DNA of 64,000 nucleotides from Octopus vulgaris. Its lineage: Eukaryota. The translations under genes were made by a program, and so were the position numbers. The DNA is taken from the NCBI GenBank assembly GCA_951406725.2, contig OX597830.1:14818001-14882000 (forward strand). The letters run 5' to 3'. Shown here piece by piece: positions 12,421 to 26,868 of the stretch; the first letter of the stretch is position 1, and each line of letters begins with the position of its first letter. Below the pieces are notes generated by a model. The model had not been told where the DNA came from. It saw only the letters and a program-made list of their open reading frames with translations, and searched no databases.

Positions 12421-12989
12421 GTGCTTTACTCTCCTCTCATTCCTTCTACATCTTGTCACTATACAACTTTTTGCTTTTCTATTTTCTTTTCAGCATCGCC
12501 AATTCAACTCCATCACTTACCAACACCACCATCACCACCATCCCCGCCATTACCACCATCACCACCATCACCACCATCCCAACTACCACCGACACCAACA
12601 TTATGATCCTCTTACCCCCTCAGTTTTACTTCACTCATTTTATTACACACTTTTAGACTTTCTCCCCCCTCCCTTCTCTCTCATTCTCTCTCTCTCTCAC
12701 CTTCTAAGCGATTGTTTCTGCTTTTACTTTGAAAACCAACAAAAACTGCCGCAGCATCAAGAAGGACAACATCAGAAAGAACAGCATCAACAACATCAGC
12801 AACACGAAGAGCAGAAGAAGCAATCAAGGAATAAATTGCTGTTAAGGGGGAAAAAAAAAAGAAATTTCCCAGGAAAAAACTTTTTACAGAAAATGAAGGA
12901 AATTTTGTTGTAAATTTTACATCAGAAGAAATAAGAAAAATATTGTTTGAAACGATATCATTAAGAAGTAAAAATACACAACAAACCAT

Positions 12990-13067
<78 letters not shown>

Positions 13068-13133
13068 TGTATGTATGTATGTATGTATATATATATATAT
13101 ATGTATGTATGTATGTGTGTATGTGCGTATATG

Positions 13134-13181
<48 letters not shown>

Positions 13182-13260
13182 AATATATATATTTATATAT
13201 ATATATATGTACATATATATTTATGCATATCGACAGCATATGTAAATGGATATATATATA

Positions 13261-13315
<55 letters not shown>

Positions 13316-13342
13316 ATATACGTATCGATACACAAACACACG

Positions 13343-13391
<49 letters not shown>

Positions 13392-13856
13392 AGAGAGAGA
13401 GAGAGAGAGGCATGTTTACGTAATATGATTGCATTTTCCATTATCTGTCTGATATCACTCTCTCTTACCTTTCATATTCTGCCACCTAACACAATCCCAC
13501 CCCACATCTCATTACTTTCCTTTCCAAAATAAAATAAAATAACGTACCCCTTTATTCGGTGGGGCTGGGTATGGGTCTGCATTTTTGTTTTGCTTGCATT
13601 TATTTAAAAAAATTTTTTTTTTAATTACTTTTAATTTTTGTTTATTACTTCGGGCTTAACCGTTGTTTTCTCGTATTATTTTACAATACATATTTTGTCT
13701 CCGTTTGTATATATGCGTAGGTGCGCGTACGCCGGTGAACACACGATCTCTCTCTCTCTGTCTCTCTCTCTCTCTCTCTTGCAAACACACACAGGTATAT
13801 ATATATATATATATAGTAGTAACATGTAAGTGTGAGTATTTTCCGTTTTTATTTTT

Positions 13857-13972
<116 letters not shown>

Positions 13973-14499
13973 CATATTTATATATATATATTTATGTATA
14001 TACATATTTATATAAATATATATATATATATACATTTATATATATAGATACATAAATATGCACACATATATGTATGTGTGTATATGTGTGTGTGTCTGTG
14101 CGTGTGTGCGTGAGTGTGTTTGTGTGTGTGTGTGTGTGTGAGTGCTGTGTCTGTATGTCTGTGTAAAGTGTAATGGGGGTGTTTGCAAAATGCATTACAA
14201 TAGACTTGCTGGTTTAGTTTTAGATAACGTTCGTTATAGACGTCAGAGCGTAGATAATGTTTAAAATGAAACATAAACATGAAGAAATACTTACTTAAAT
14301 AAATATATATTTTGTACAGCCACACCTAAGCTAGACCTTTAAGCGTTAGTGAGAGAACGATTCTGATTTGAGATATCGCTGCTCATATGCGCGTTTTAAC
14401 GATAATAGACATCAATCGAAGACGAAGTAGGGTATACCCTGACATGAAACGTATATGTATAAACCGCATGCAAAATTTCACCTGAAATCATGTATCCTT

Positions 14500-14781
14500 A
14501 TGTGTGTGTGTGTGAGAGTATATGTGCATGCATGTGTGTGTGTGAGAGTATATGTGCATGCATGTGTGTGTGTGAGAGTATATGTGCATGCATGTGTGTG
14601 TGTGTATGCGCATGTGTGTGTGTGTATGCGCATGTGTGTGTGTGAGAGTATATGTGCATGCATGTGTGTGTGTGTATGCGCATGTGTGTGTGTGTGTGTG
14701 TATGCGTGTGTGTGAGAGTATATGTGCATGCATGTGTGTGTGTGTATGCGCATGTGTGTGTGTGTGTGTATGCGTGTGTGT
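14500..14781. repeat. (TG)n-based minisatellite, ~30-bp unit (tgtgtgtgtgtgagagtatatgtgcatgca) and variants
   Basis: Direct inspection. Confidence 0.9.
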
Positions 14782-14809
14782 CATTTATGTTTTAAAACAC
14801 ATCTGTGTT

Positions 14810-15030
14810 CTCTTTTTTACTCTTTTACTCCTTTACTTGTTTCAGTCATTTGACTGCGGCCATGCTGGAGCACCGCCTTCAGTCGGGCAAATCGACCCCG
14901 GGACTTATTCTTTTTGTAAGCCCAGTACTTATTCTATCGGTCTCTTTTGCCGAACCGTGAATGTACGGGGACGTAAACACACCAGCATCGGTTGTCAAGC
15001 AATGCTAGGGGGACAAACACAGACACACAA

Positions 15031-15101
<71 letters not shown>

Positions 15102-15258
15102 TACGACAGGCTTCTTTCAGTTTCCGTCTACCAAATCCACTCACAAGGCATTGGTCGGCCCGAAGCTATAGTAGAAGACACCTGCCCAAGATGCCACGCA
15201 GTGGGACTGGACCCAGAACCATGTGGTTGGTAGGCAAGCTACTTACCACACAGCCACT
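14810..15258 (-). mobile_element. Full-length tRNA-derived SINE family 2 with internal (TA)n(TG)n and a (GTAAAAGA)n-like tail
   Basis: Minus strand head agtggctgtgtggtaagtagcttg...ggttctgggtccagtcccactgcg (A/B boxes); more than 10 copies in the window. Confidence 0.9.
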
Positions 15259-15473
15259 GCTGGAGGTATTTTACATTAACAAAGAAGTAAGCACGTAGAA
15301 AGCGATAGTTCCTTCATTTCGTCCGGTTCCTATCTCGTGTCTTCGGAATCGGTGGCCGGTCAAAAACTACATTATACCTATGATGCAATATCGTGTAGTT
15401 ATGTAGTTTTTTTCTAGTTTGAAGAAAGTCGCAGGTACTCGTAAAAGCTGTATCAATGCTGAACATGTATTTT

Positions 15474-15511
<38 letters not shown>

Positions 15512-15918
15512 ATTAATTACTACAGGGGCATTTGAATTATAACGTCGGATGTAATCAATTGAACCACACGTGTATTTATCGTTATGGTAAAATCTGGCGT
15601 GTGATTGAGTGGATTTCATCCAGATAGTTTTGGCTGAGGAGCTACAAGTGAGTTATTGTGAGTAAAATTACATTTAATTCATTAATAGCGAAACAATTGT
15701 CCCAAAATAATCTGTATTTTTGTTATTTTTTATTTGCCCTGTTCGTGTGAGCTAACAATCGTACTGACTTTCATGGGAAACATGTATTTTTGTGGTTGAA
15801 ACCTTTTGGATTAACTGGTGCTAGAGTGAGCCACATAGTGACCACTCTCTTATATTTATTTTTATATATATACATATATATATATGAGAATGTTAGTATT
15901 TATTTAGCTGGTGGACTT

Positions 15919-15972
15919 TGGCTGATGAAAAATCACGCGCCTATTTGGCGCTAAATTTCGAAACCGGTACCA
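15919..15972 (+). ncRNA. Minimal type-I hammerhead ribozyme with canonical core, within repeat 15890-16245
   Basis: tgg-CTGATGA-(aaat..gcgcc/ggcgc..attt)c-GAAA-ccgg-TA-cca; helix III is the palindrome ACCGGT, GUA cleavage triplet. Confidence 0.75.
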
Positions 15973-16241
15973 GGTTGACTAGTATTTACTTGTTCTGACC
16001 CATTTGAGGTAAGACATTATTATTGAACACTGATAATTTTTCCTATCTTGTCTGTAATAGATTTGTGACTATTCGGTGGTACAGAAGTATTTTTTGACTT
16101 CTATTATTAGCGACATAGGTACTCATGTAGTACCCTTGTGTATATATGTACATATCTAATATTGCATGTATATGTTTTATTAATTTGCCTGTACGGCTGA
16201 TAATTCGCTTACCACTTGTGATGGTATTTTAATAATACCTT

Positions 16242-16275
<34 letters not shown>

Positions 16276-16439
16276 CAGTTTTTCAGATCTTTCATGTTCA
16301 ATAATTTAAACAGTTGAAAATACCACAGATAAGTATCAGCTACAGAGTACTTTGTAATGCAGACACACTCAGACACACATGCAAACATATATGTATACAC
16401 AAATATAGACACATACACACGCTTGTACACATATATACG

Positions 16440-16497
<58 letters not shown>

Positions 16498-16785
16498 GTA
16501 TATAGGCGTGTGTGGTAAGAAGGCTGCTTCCGGGTTCAGTCGCACATTCTTGTTCTGACCCTTTTGAGGTAAGACATTATTATTGAACACTGATAATTTT
16601 TCCTAGCACTGGTTGACCAAAGAATTGTGAGTGGATTTGGTAGACAGACAGAACTTCTATCTTCAGCGATATAGGTACTCATGTAGTACCCTTGTGTATA
16701 TATGTACATATCTAATATTGCATGTATATGTTTTATTAATTTGCCTGTACGGCTGATAATTCGCTTACCACTTGTGATGGTATTT

Positions 16786-16898
<113 letters not shown>

Positions 16899-16947
16899 GG
16901 AAATGGATGCTTCGCGTTCAGTTAAATGATAAATAATAAATGATATA

Positions 16948-17007
<60 letters not shown>

Positions 17008-17008
<1 letters not shown>

Positions 17009-17398
17009 CAGGTCGTCACCAACGGTGCAAATAACACGAAATACGTAAACAATAGGAAAACAGGACAAGTTAACAGAGAGAAAGGACTCTTCATCGGTTG
17101 TTGGCTGTCTATCTACCCCTCATTTCGGGCGTTCAGTGACAATATGAGTCTTCAAAAACAGTTGCTCCCATGAATTCTAAAATAAAGTTTAGGATTCATG
17201 GAGGGTCAAATTTGGGAACAAAAAACGACTCTTACTATTGGTGAATGATCGAAATGAGGAGTAGATAGACAGCCGACAACTGATGAAGTGTCCTGTCTGT
17301 GTTTTCCTTTTTCCCGGTGTTTACATATGTCACTCGTTTTTCCCTTGTCTGTTTACGTATTTCATGGTATTTGCACCAATGGTGACGTCCTGTACCCA
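17008..17398. repeat. Repeat family C as an imperfect inverted pair between (TA)n tracts; another copy at ~18270-18540
   Basis: tacaggtcgtcaccaacggtgcaaata... versus ...tatttgcaccaatggtgacgtcctgta; cttcatcggttgttggctgtctatctac versus gtagatagacagccgacaactgatgaag. Confidence 0.8.
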
Positions 17399-17431
17399 TA
17401 TATGCATGCGTATATATATATATATATATAA

Positions 17432-17600
17432 CGGGAAGCTTTATGAAAATAGACAAAAGACGAAGGCAGGTGGAATACAAACAAACAATTGTATTAGTAT
17501 GGCGCTCAGGAATATAAATAAAACAAGTCTTTTACGTTTCGAGCCTACGCTCTTCAACAGAAAGATACACAGAAAAGAAACACAGAAAGAAGGAGAGAAT
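17432..17600 (-). mobile_element. Repeat family B with HHR-like motif at 17528-17565
   Basis: Minus strand tcttt-CTGTTGA-a-gagc-gtag-gctc-GAAA-cg-TA-aaaga. Confidence 0.7.
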
Positions 17601-17628
17601 ATATATATATATACATATATATATATAC

Positions 17629-17659
<31 letters not shown>

Positions 17660-17796
17660 CATATATTTAAATGGATAAATTGCATTTTACACTGTTTATT
17701 CTTTTGGAATAATACCATGTTGTCTTCGAAACATATGTCGAAAGTTAAAGAATTTTAATAACATCTTCGTTCAACTCCATTTATTTCCTTATATAT

Positions 17797-17854
<58 letters not shown>

Positions 17855-18630
17855 CATATCATTTATTATTTATAATTTAACTGAACGCGAGGCGTCTATT
17901 CCAAGTAAGTTTATCTTCACCTTTTTGAGGCCACTTTCTACTCTATACTGTTTTCCTCCTCCAGCCTTCTCTAATTCCCCTTTTCTCCACCTCCCTCCGT
18001 CACCGTTTTCTATCTGTCTCTCTCTTCCCCTCTTTCTCTCTCACTCTCTCTCTCTCTCGTTGTTCACACATGGCCACCACCTATCTTTCTATTCCTCACG
18101 TGACCATCTTTCTTTTTCTGCACGGACGTTTAAACGAACGGGCATGTTTTTCTCTCTTCTGTTTTTTTTCTTTAAAAAAAAATGTTTCTCCCAGCGTTCA
18201 CTGTTTTCCTCTCGTTCTCATTAAACGACTCTCCATATTTGTTTTCGTTCGGTTTCCTTGTAAGTCTCCACTGTCATTTTTTTGTTCCCAATTTTGACCC
18301 TACATAAATCCTTAAATTTTATTTCAGAATTTATGGGAATAACAGTCTTTGAAGACTCATATTATTGTTGAACGTTCGAAATGAGGAGTAGATAGACAGC
18401 CAACAACAGATGAAGTGTATTTTCTGTGTTTACTTGTCGTGTTTTCCATTTTTTCTCGTTGTTCACATATTTCACTCGTTTTCCCTCGTTTGTTTACGTA
18501 TTCTATGTTATTTGCATCGTTGGTGATGTCCTGAACCTATATATGCATGTATGTATATATATATATATATATATTATTATATTTTATAGATATATATATA
18601 TCATATTTTATATATATATATGTATGTGTA

Positions 18631-18669
<39 letters not shown>

Positions 18670-18710
18670 ATATTTTATAGATATATATATATTATATTTT
18701 TTATATATAT

Positions 18711-18761
<51 letters not shown>

Positions 18762-18820
18762 TATCATATATATATATATATATATTATATTTTATATATA
18801 TATATGTATGTGTATATATG

Positions 18821-18878
<58 letters not shown>

Positions 18879-18929
18879 TGTGTATATATAGATGTATCAT
18901 CGTTATTATTGTTGTTGTTATTATTATAA

Positions 18930-19341
18930 TTGTTGTTGCTGGTGATGCTGTTGCTGTTGAGCGAAGCGATCTTCGTCCCAGAGCTCGCAAGATCGCGCCT
19001 CTGTAGTGGGAGAAGTCCGAAACGTGGTCCTACGCTATTCGTAAAACCCGCAGAAGAGAGAAAGCAGGTCAACCCCCGACACCGAGAGCATCGACGGATG
19101 GATGAATGCGCATCCAGGTTCAGCGGTTGCGTAGGAAGTCGGGGACAGAAAACAGGAAGAAAGAGTGAGAGAAAGTTGGGGCGAAAGAGTACAACAGGGG
19201 TCGCCGCTACCCCCTGCCGGAGCCTCGTGGAGCTTTGGGTGTTTTCGCTCAATAAACACACACAACGCCAGGTCTGGGAATTGATACCACGATCCTCCGA
19301 CCGCGAGTCCGCTGCCCTAAACATTGGACCATTGCGCCTCC
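18930..19341 (-). mobile_element. Young, CpG-rich tRNA-derived SINE family 3 with 3' stem-loop and (CAA/CAG)n tail
   Basis: Minus strand starts ggaggcgcaatggtccaatgtttagggcagcggactcgcggtcggaggatcgtggtatcaattccc (tRNA-like A/B boxes); ends cgatctt..aagatcg then caacagcaac; resembles octopus tRNA-Arg-type SINEs from memory. Confidence 0.75.
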
Positions 19342-19869
19342 ACTGCTGGTGCTGCTGCTGTTGTTGTTGTTGCTTCTGTTGTTGTTGTTGATTCGTAGGC
19401 TCGGCAAACGAATCTAGATCGTCAGACTTCGACCGCCTGATGCTGACGAGCTAGATTCCTCTAGCGAGCCAACGACACTTTCACTTTTATGCAACGGAAT
19501 CAAACTATTATTAAATAATATATGTAACTCCTACCGAATGTATTGTGATTCCGACTAAATGTATTGAGTGCCACTTTCTTTTGTTTGTCCACTCACTCGT
19601 ATACATACCCACACTCACACACATACACACACATACATGTAGAATTTCGTGTAAATTCTAGTTGACCAACGGCTTCATTAAAAATTGCAGATATTAATGC
19701 TTTATACAGATTGTGTAAGAGGACAATGGTATCATAATTCACCGTAGTCTTTAAAAGAAAACTTCAGTAAAGTCGTTGACTTCAAATATTTTCAGCTCCG
19801 TAACAAATTCGTGTAAGTAAAAATATTGAAGTTATTTTCATAATTGGAAGAAGAAACAGAATTTCAAGG

Positions 19870-20125
19870 AGCGACGCGTTGTGTTCTTGAGCAAAACGCT
19901 TTATTCGATGTTCCTCCAGTCCACTCAGCTGGCAAAAATTAGTAGTATCTGTATTTCAAAGAGCCAGCCTTGTCACCCTCTGTATCACGCTTAATCTCCC
20001 TGAGAACTACGTTAAGGGTGCATGTGTTTGTGAAGTGCTCAGCTACTTGCACGTTAATTTCATAAACAGCCTGTTCTGTTGATCGGATCAACTTGAACCT
20101 TCGTCGCAACTAACGTAATGCCAGT
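19870..20125 (+). mobile_element. SINE fragment (CORE-like centre plus tail)
   Basis: gtgttcttgagcaaaacgcttta...ccagtccactcagctgg is CORE-like; recognised from memory, single copy here. Confidence 0.5.
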
Positions 20126-20979
20126 TTTAGTCCATAAGTGTGGAGTACGAAATAATATATTAAATGTCTTATATCAGGTCAATCGACAGCACAAAAACCA
20201 TAGTCACATCAACTGTTTCGTTTTTATCTCTTCGTCAAGATGAAAGGGTACCCATGGTACTTTGTTGCCTCAAGTCAAAAACCTGATCTGAATGTTTGCA
20301 GCAGAGTGTACTCTGCTAAAGGTACCTCAAGACCAGGTGGAGGCGTTTAAGCAGGTGACAGATTAAGTCTACAACACATACAAGCTACGATGGGATTTAA
20401 CTTCAGAGTGCAAAGATTAAACCCCGAGACCATAAAACAATCTGTTCAGTGCACCAACAATTCTATTATTTCGCTGCCAGTTGTACTTGTTTGTGTTTTG
20501 TTTTGTTTTTTTTACTTTTGATTATTTAATCATAGGTAAGCAATATAAGCAGATTATTCCCTTAAAACTGGAAATAAGAAAAAACTACATTTGAACTTGT
20601 GGTTTATTGAGTTAAAAACAGAAAACTGATAATTTACTATTTTTTACAGCCCCGAATGTACGATGCAAAACAAAAACAAAAACAAAAACAAAAGAAGAAA
20701 TCATTAACATATCAACAGAGACATTTGTGAACTGAGCCGAAACATCCATCATTTCTTACTATAAAAGTAGTACACCAAAACTACTGTGTTTGATTTTAAA
20801 ATAAATCTCCTTTGTCTTTTCTGCATATATCTAAGAAGCAACAGAATATTTGCAATCGATATGAAGACGCGTCCAGTGAAGATCTATTTTGGCTTATTTG
20901 TTCACGTATATTTATGTCAGTAACTAGTAATATGCAATTTACTCCAACACCTAAATTGTTTTAGAATTTGGTGCGGTCA

Positions 20980-22125
20980 TTCATGGTAAAAAGATATTCT
21001 GACTACAACCAACGATCGTATCCACAATGGCTTCAATAAATCTTTTCTCTCACTAATCTTTAAAGATTCTAACCTATTTTTATGTTGATGGTTTTACAGC
21101 CTTGCTGCAGGGTCTGCTTTCGCATCCATAATATAGCGTTAAATTCCACAAAGAAATTCTTCGAATCTTGTCGTCCTCTTTCTCACTCCTGTGATGTATG
21201 ACCTTTCTGTAGCACTAACCAAATAACTTGAGAAAGTCTTCAAGCAGAACAATGTAAATCACGCGACGCAGTTACATCTCCAGAGACTTTTTTTCTCCTC
21301 CTTCTCAGCGCCAAAATGTTCCAGATATAACAATACTTTTTCTTTTCTTCCTTTATCTGAATATTTCTTAATGTTCTCCCCCGGCCAAATAATCACTACT
21401 TAGTCGCAAATACTATATAGAATAACATCATACATGGAAATCAATTCAACCTTACTTTTGTTTAAAATCAACGTTACTAATAATACTGCTTGTTGAATCA
21501 AGGTTCAGAATTCACCTTTTCCCAAACTATTCAACCTTGCCTTGGGGAAATTCTGCTTTCCGATATTCTGTATATAAAGTATTTCTGACCCATCCAATTA
21601 TTGTCTGGTTCCCTGCAGCATTTTCAAAGTCTTACAGTTGATCGATGATAAACAGAACCACTACTTAGCTTGGTCACTCCAAATATAGTCCTTTACGATA
21701 GAAATTGACTACATGCCTTGTCAAAGCTAATCAGAATGTTTTCCTCTCTATCGTATCAAATCTAGTTATATCTGCTTCCTCCTGGCTGTTATCAATGATG
21801 GGTGGACTTAGTCAACCACTTCTTTTCTGAACTACATTTAGTTAGATGTTGAGGTCAAGTAGATGGACACGTTTGGATATTTCTAGTTGCCATGGTGATA
21901 ATCACTTCAGTATCTGGCATCAGGTGTTATGATATGACTGCCTAATTGAAGTGAGCGACCGTAGTTGATCACAGCACATAACTGAAGACGTTCGGTTATT
22001 CTGGAGTTACAAAACTCACCTCCGGGCTCTACGCTTCCAATAATCCAACTAACAAATATCAACGACCACAGATCACAGCAGAAATATTCTTTATCAATGT
22101 TGCCATTCAAGGATTCGATCAATTG
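20980..22125 (-). mobile_element. Possible very old LINE ORF2 (endonuclease side) remnant
   Basis: Weak motifs only (IIGSV, SDYH, KPLWI), many stops. Confidence 0.3.
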
Positions 22126-24453
22126 ATCTGGCTCATCCTGTGTATCATTAAATACTTCTACATCCTCTTTATCCCTCTTCCCCTTCTACTTTCATCTTTC
22201 ATTTCCCTCTGTGGTTTCACACCTGTCTACCTCGTTTCTCTTCTTGAATATTCCTCCGGTTATTTTTATTCATTTATTTATTTGTTATCCTTTCATATCG
22301 CTGTTTTATCGCATTTTTTTCTGTTTTTCATTATGTATTTATCAATGTTTATACATATGGAAACACATGTAGGCATGCATACATAAAACATACATATATT
22401 CATATATGTCAGTATTCATGCTCATACATGTGTGCACGCTGTTATGCTTGCTTGTGTAAATGTGTGCGTATGTGTTCACTCAGTATTCATGCATGTACGA
22501 ACTCACTCACTCACACAAACATCAGTCCAGGTGCATGAAATAATTTTGAATACAAGAAAGCCTTCAGTGTGATGAGAAACAATAAGAATGTAGATATATT
22601 CCTTCTGTGTTTTATACATGTGGAAGTAAAGAAGTATAACTCCTATCGGACCAGTCTGTAGTTTGTTGACTGCTCGTCGGAGGAGACATAACCCGTTCCT
22701 TCTGAGTTCGATAATATAGAACGACCAGATTCTAAATAAAACCGTCAGGAATAAAGCTGTTATAGAAGTAGATGGTTTATTTACATATTTGTGAATTTAT
22801 TAAACAATTTATATTTTATGCGCAAAACAGTGGGAATTAAAAAGCTGTCGTCTGAACGATCGTACGTCGCCAGGAACCCTGAGTTAAATCGGAGCCAACC
22901 ATAAGCTTTTATTACATACCTCGACTCACTATATATAGCGAGTAACATTTCCATAGGTTGTAACCAGCCCCACGCATACACACACTCAAATCTATGTATA
23001 TAATCATGTGTGTACGTATGTATGTGCGTGAGTATGTACATTTAGAGTTGACTTGGATAATTAAGACGAAAAAAAAAAAGAGAGAGAAATCGCTCGTATG
23101 GTCGAATTCCAAATTGTGTATCATCTTAAACTTGTTGGTATTTTGAGCAATTACGTTACAAATCATCTACAATTTCCAGTCAGACGACTATAAATTTCAA
23201 GTCGACATATTTAAAATAACACGACAGAATTCTAAATTATTCACTGAATTGAGTACTTCAAATGTTAATCAAAATATACCAATACATATTAATTAAAATG
23301 CATATATTCCATACGTTTTAAGCAATCAATATACTTGTAGTGTAGCTAATTGGAATTTTCCTGTACAGTCATTAAAAGATTATTGATATTATTTTAAAAA
23401 CATTTTCTTTTCTGTTTAAGGCATATCAGAATAGAGAGATCTTTCATTTTGCTTTCACTTTAAAATTGTTAGTTGGTAAGATGATTGGTGAACAAAAGAA
23501 CTGTAATAAACAGTGTGTGTAACCGAGAGATTTTATGCTCAGAGTTCAAATCCCATCGAGTTTAACTACACCTTTCTATTTTCCGTAGATAAGTATTAGC
23601 ACGCCGCTTTCCTTATTCCCAACATTTGTACCATTATGCCCACGTCAGGAAACTATTATAAAAGAATGGAAATGGTGAAGATAATTCAGGACAGGGAACT
23701 TGCCATCTATTCGTTGGATATCTGGAGACTCTTTGCCTGTGATATCACAGTATGCCAAAAACATCCACCTCGGCGTGGAAACGAACAGAGAGGGAGATTT
23801 GTATTAAGGAGAGATTGGAAACCTACGTCCAGATTAAACCGGATGAGGTAAAAAAGATTCCAGACCCCATCAACGTCTCCTGAACAGTGCATCAGTGTGT
23901 TGTGGTTGGTGGCGGGAAGTCCTAATGACACATCTGTCGTGCTAAAGGTAACTGAAGTGATGGCGGTTCTCACTAAAATAAGGAAGATGTCCTGCTACTG
24001 CCGACTCAACTCCGACAACACCAGCGTACAACAGTAACCGCAGCGGCATTAGTAGCAGCAGCAGCACTAAGAAGAACAAGAAAAACAGCAGCAGCACGAA
24101 CACCAACAACAGTAGCAACTGCAGCAGCAAGACAAACGACTGCAGTTGCAGCTATGGCAAGAATTGGGGCAGCTGCACCAACACCGCCAACAACAGCAAA
24201 ACAAACTAGAACAACAATGACACTAACAACAGCAGATCCCAAACCCGCCATCCACGAAAATCCCCTTAATTCCGTGTTTCTGACTTATCTTTTCTATCCT
24301 TTCATTCAAACACAAACGCAAATATGGACACATACGGAGACATATTCACCCTAACCATCATCGGATCTTTCCGACATGGAAGTCTCATCTTGCGAGGAGG
24401 ATCAACAAAGAAACTAGTTTTAAAGGACACAATAATAATTTTTAAATTACACA

Positions 24454-24524
<71 letters not shown>

Positions 24525-24994
24525 GCTCTCTCTCTCTCTCTCTCTCTCTTATTGAACTATACAATCCTGACAGCATCACCAAAACAACACTCACACCGAA
24601 AACTAGTAAATCCACAATTTTGTTTCCACCAGCATCTTCATCCACCCAAACCAAAAGAAAATACATACAGCATCAACCGACAAACAGATAAACTAAGAAT
24701 ATCAACAAAACATACTCACCCTTAATTTTGGGCGAAGGAGCACGAATCAAAAACTGATGTCCTTTATCGCACAAAAAGAAAATATTGAAACAGTGGGAGA
24801 GGTCTTCAGAATTAAGACTGAACTTGGAGACTTCAAAACAATGCCATGGGAATCCCTAGAACAAGGGCTGGTATTAGGTTCCTAATATACTTCCGAAATG
24901 AACCTCACATTTTCATAGAGTTTGAAACATGCCGTCAATGGGAACCAACAAATGGGTGAGTACCTCGTTCTTTATCTCCTTCTACCATCATAGC

Positions 24995-26685
24995 AGCTCT
25001 AAGAGTGGGGTGTATAAATGCATATGGCCTGGGTTCACTCAGCAGGCAAGCTCACTTGCTCAGTGATCTCATGTTACTATGTTGAGATGTTGTGGAGCTG
25101 CACTTTTGCAGAGACTTGGACCTCGAGCTACAGTCGGTCTTCCTGGACCCGGACCATAATCTGTTGGTTCTGGACTTGAAAAATAGCGAAGATGGTGCCT
25201 TTAGACTTGTCACTGCATATTTCCGGATGGGTTAGCCAGATTTCTTGAGGCAACTGGCGATTTTCCTGGAAACATTCTGTTCTTTAGTGCTTGTAAGCTA
25301 TTAGAATGCCTTCTTGGATACGCGTCATGATTGTGTGGGGTTCACTGATCGGAGAGTGAAGTGTAAAAGCCGCGCAAGCTTACTCAGTCGTTTTGAAACT
25401 GTTTGACAAGAACTGACCGCATTTACCGAATGCACCTATGTGGACATGGGCAAAGAGTATCGGTCATTCAGAGCACATCAACATAGATTGCTGTGTTGAC
25501 CAGAAGATAGGAATAGCAGCACGAACCACAAGTCCGAGACAACGTGGCCGGCAACGCAGACCACAAGTTCGTGACAAAGATAGGCTGCATAGACAGGAAC
25601 CCAATTACAGAAAACTAAACGCATCTTTCCCAACGTGCCAAGCTTACAAAGAACGGGTTTGAGAACAAGTTAAGAGGGTGTCGACGATGGCAATAATGAT
25701 ATAGAAACGAAAAAGTAGCGAAAGAGTAGCGAAAGGGCAGTGAAGAAGCTGCGGGTTAGTGATCTAGGAAAGGCACTGCAACTGACGTTTTTAGTGGAAA
25801 GATTGGCTCTTACTATTTCAACGCTAGGCACGAAAACAGTTATGGGGGTGCTGTTGAAAACAGACCCCAAAACTAGAGATTATCTCAGCAACTATAGGTT
25901 CGTAATTCAAGTTCCTAAATATAGTTGAAGATTTTGGCCAGGGCATTAGCTAAAAGGCTGGTGCTAGACGTTGATGCCCTGTTAGGTGGAACACAGATAT
26001 GTACAATACTAAACAGATCTATCCTCGTCAACTTCATGCGACACATCTTAGAAATGGTGGGCAAGGAACCTGAAATGGGTGGTAAACTGATAATTTTTAA
26101 GCAGTCTGAAAGCTTTTGATAGAATCGAACATCAATACTTAGAGGCTGCCCTAAACGCAGCTGGCTTCAGGCCAGTTTTCAGAAGCTGGATAGCTGCAAT
26201 ATACAGTGACTTTTGCTGGTTGATCAGAGTGAATAGCAACATGTCGTTTCCGTCAAGTATAATGCAATCGACTCGTCAACTATGCTCCATTCTACCCTTC
26301 TTAACGTACTGACGTTACGAGCATCCATGGCTGAAGTTGAGGGTTTCGAGGGGCATCTGGCGAACACTAGGAGGCGGGAAATCTACGTTTGCAGATGTGG
26401 ACGACGTTACCGTAACATTGTCGGGTAGTAAACTCAGCGAGGTGATTGACATTACTCTAAGGAAACACGAGGTGGTGACCGGAGCAAATATTAGACAGAA
26501 GTGGTTAGGCTTGCAGCTTGGCAACCTAGACACGCAGGTTCATACCATCCAAACGGCGATAGGGATCACTGGACAGATGGACCAATTAAATTGTTCGGAT
26601 GGACGAATTAAATTGTTCGGGCTTTGGTTTGGATCAGGTGGAGAAGAACTGGGAAGATGTGGCGAGCGGGGTGGCTAGTCTCACC
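24995..26685 (+). mobile_element. Decayed L1/Tx1-clade LINE ORF2 (APE + RT); possible ORF1 remnant upstream at ~23690-24260
   Basis: RVGCINAYGL (APE start), MWTW, YRKLNAS, NYR..., KILARALAKRL...Q, KAFDRIEHQYL, GF...FRSWI, IRVN, FADVDDVTV; frameshifted. Confidence 0.8.
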
Positions 26686-26689
26686 TGAG

Positions 26690-26784
26690 AAAATAAAATA
26701 TAGCGTCAGTGAAATACTAGGGTTGATGTAATCGACTTAACTCCTCCTCCGAAAACTGCTGACCTTGAGCCAAAATTTGAAACC

Positions 26785-26785
<1 letters not shown>
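26690..26785 (+). mobile_element. SINE family 1, 3' part
   Basis: gttgatgtaatcgactta...ccttgagccaaaatttgaaacc. Confidence 0.7.

Positions 26786-26786
<1 letters not shown>

Positions 26787-26868
<82 letters not shown>

Noticed and set aside
12690-12990. UTR-like or Q-rich segment after the CT tract
   Set aside because: No splice or coding support; low complexity
19270-19341. tRNA gene
   Set aside because: A and B boxes are present, but no acceptor stem closes and it continues into a SINE body
18785-19452. GC-rich island with open frames on both strands and poly-Q, suggesting a first exon or promoter
   Set aside because: Explained by a young tRNA-derived SINE plus (CAA)n tails
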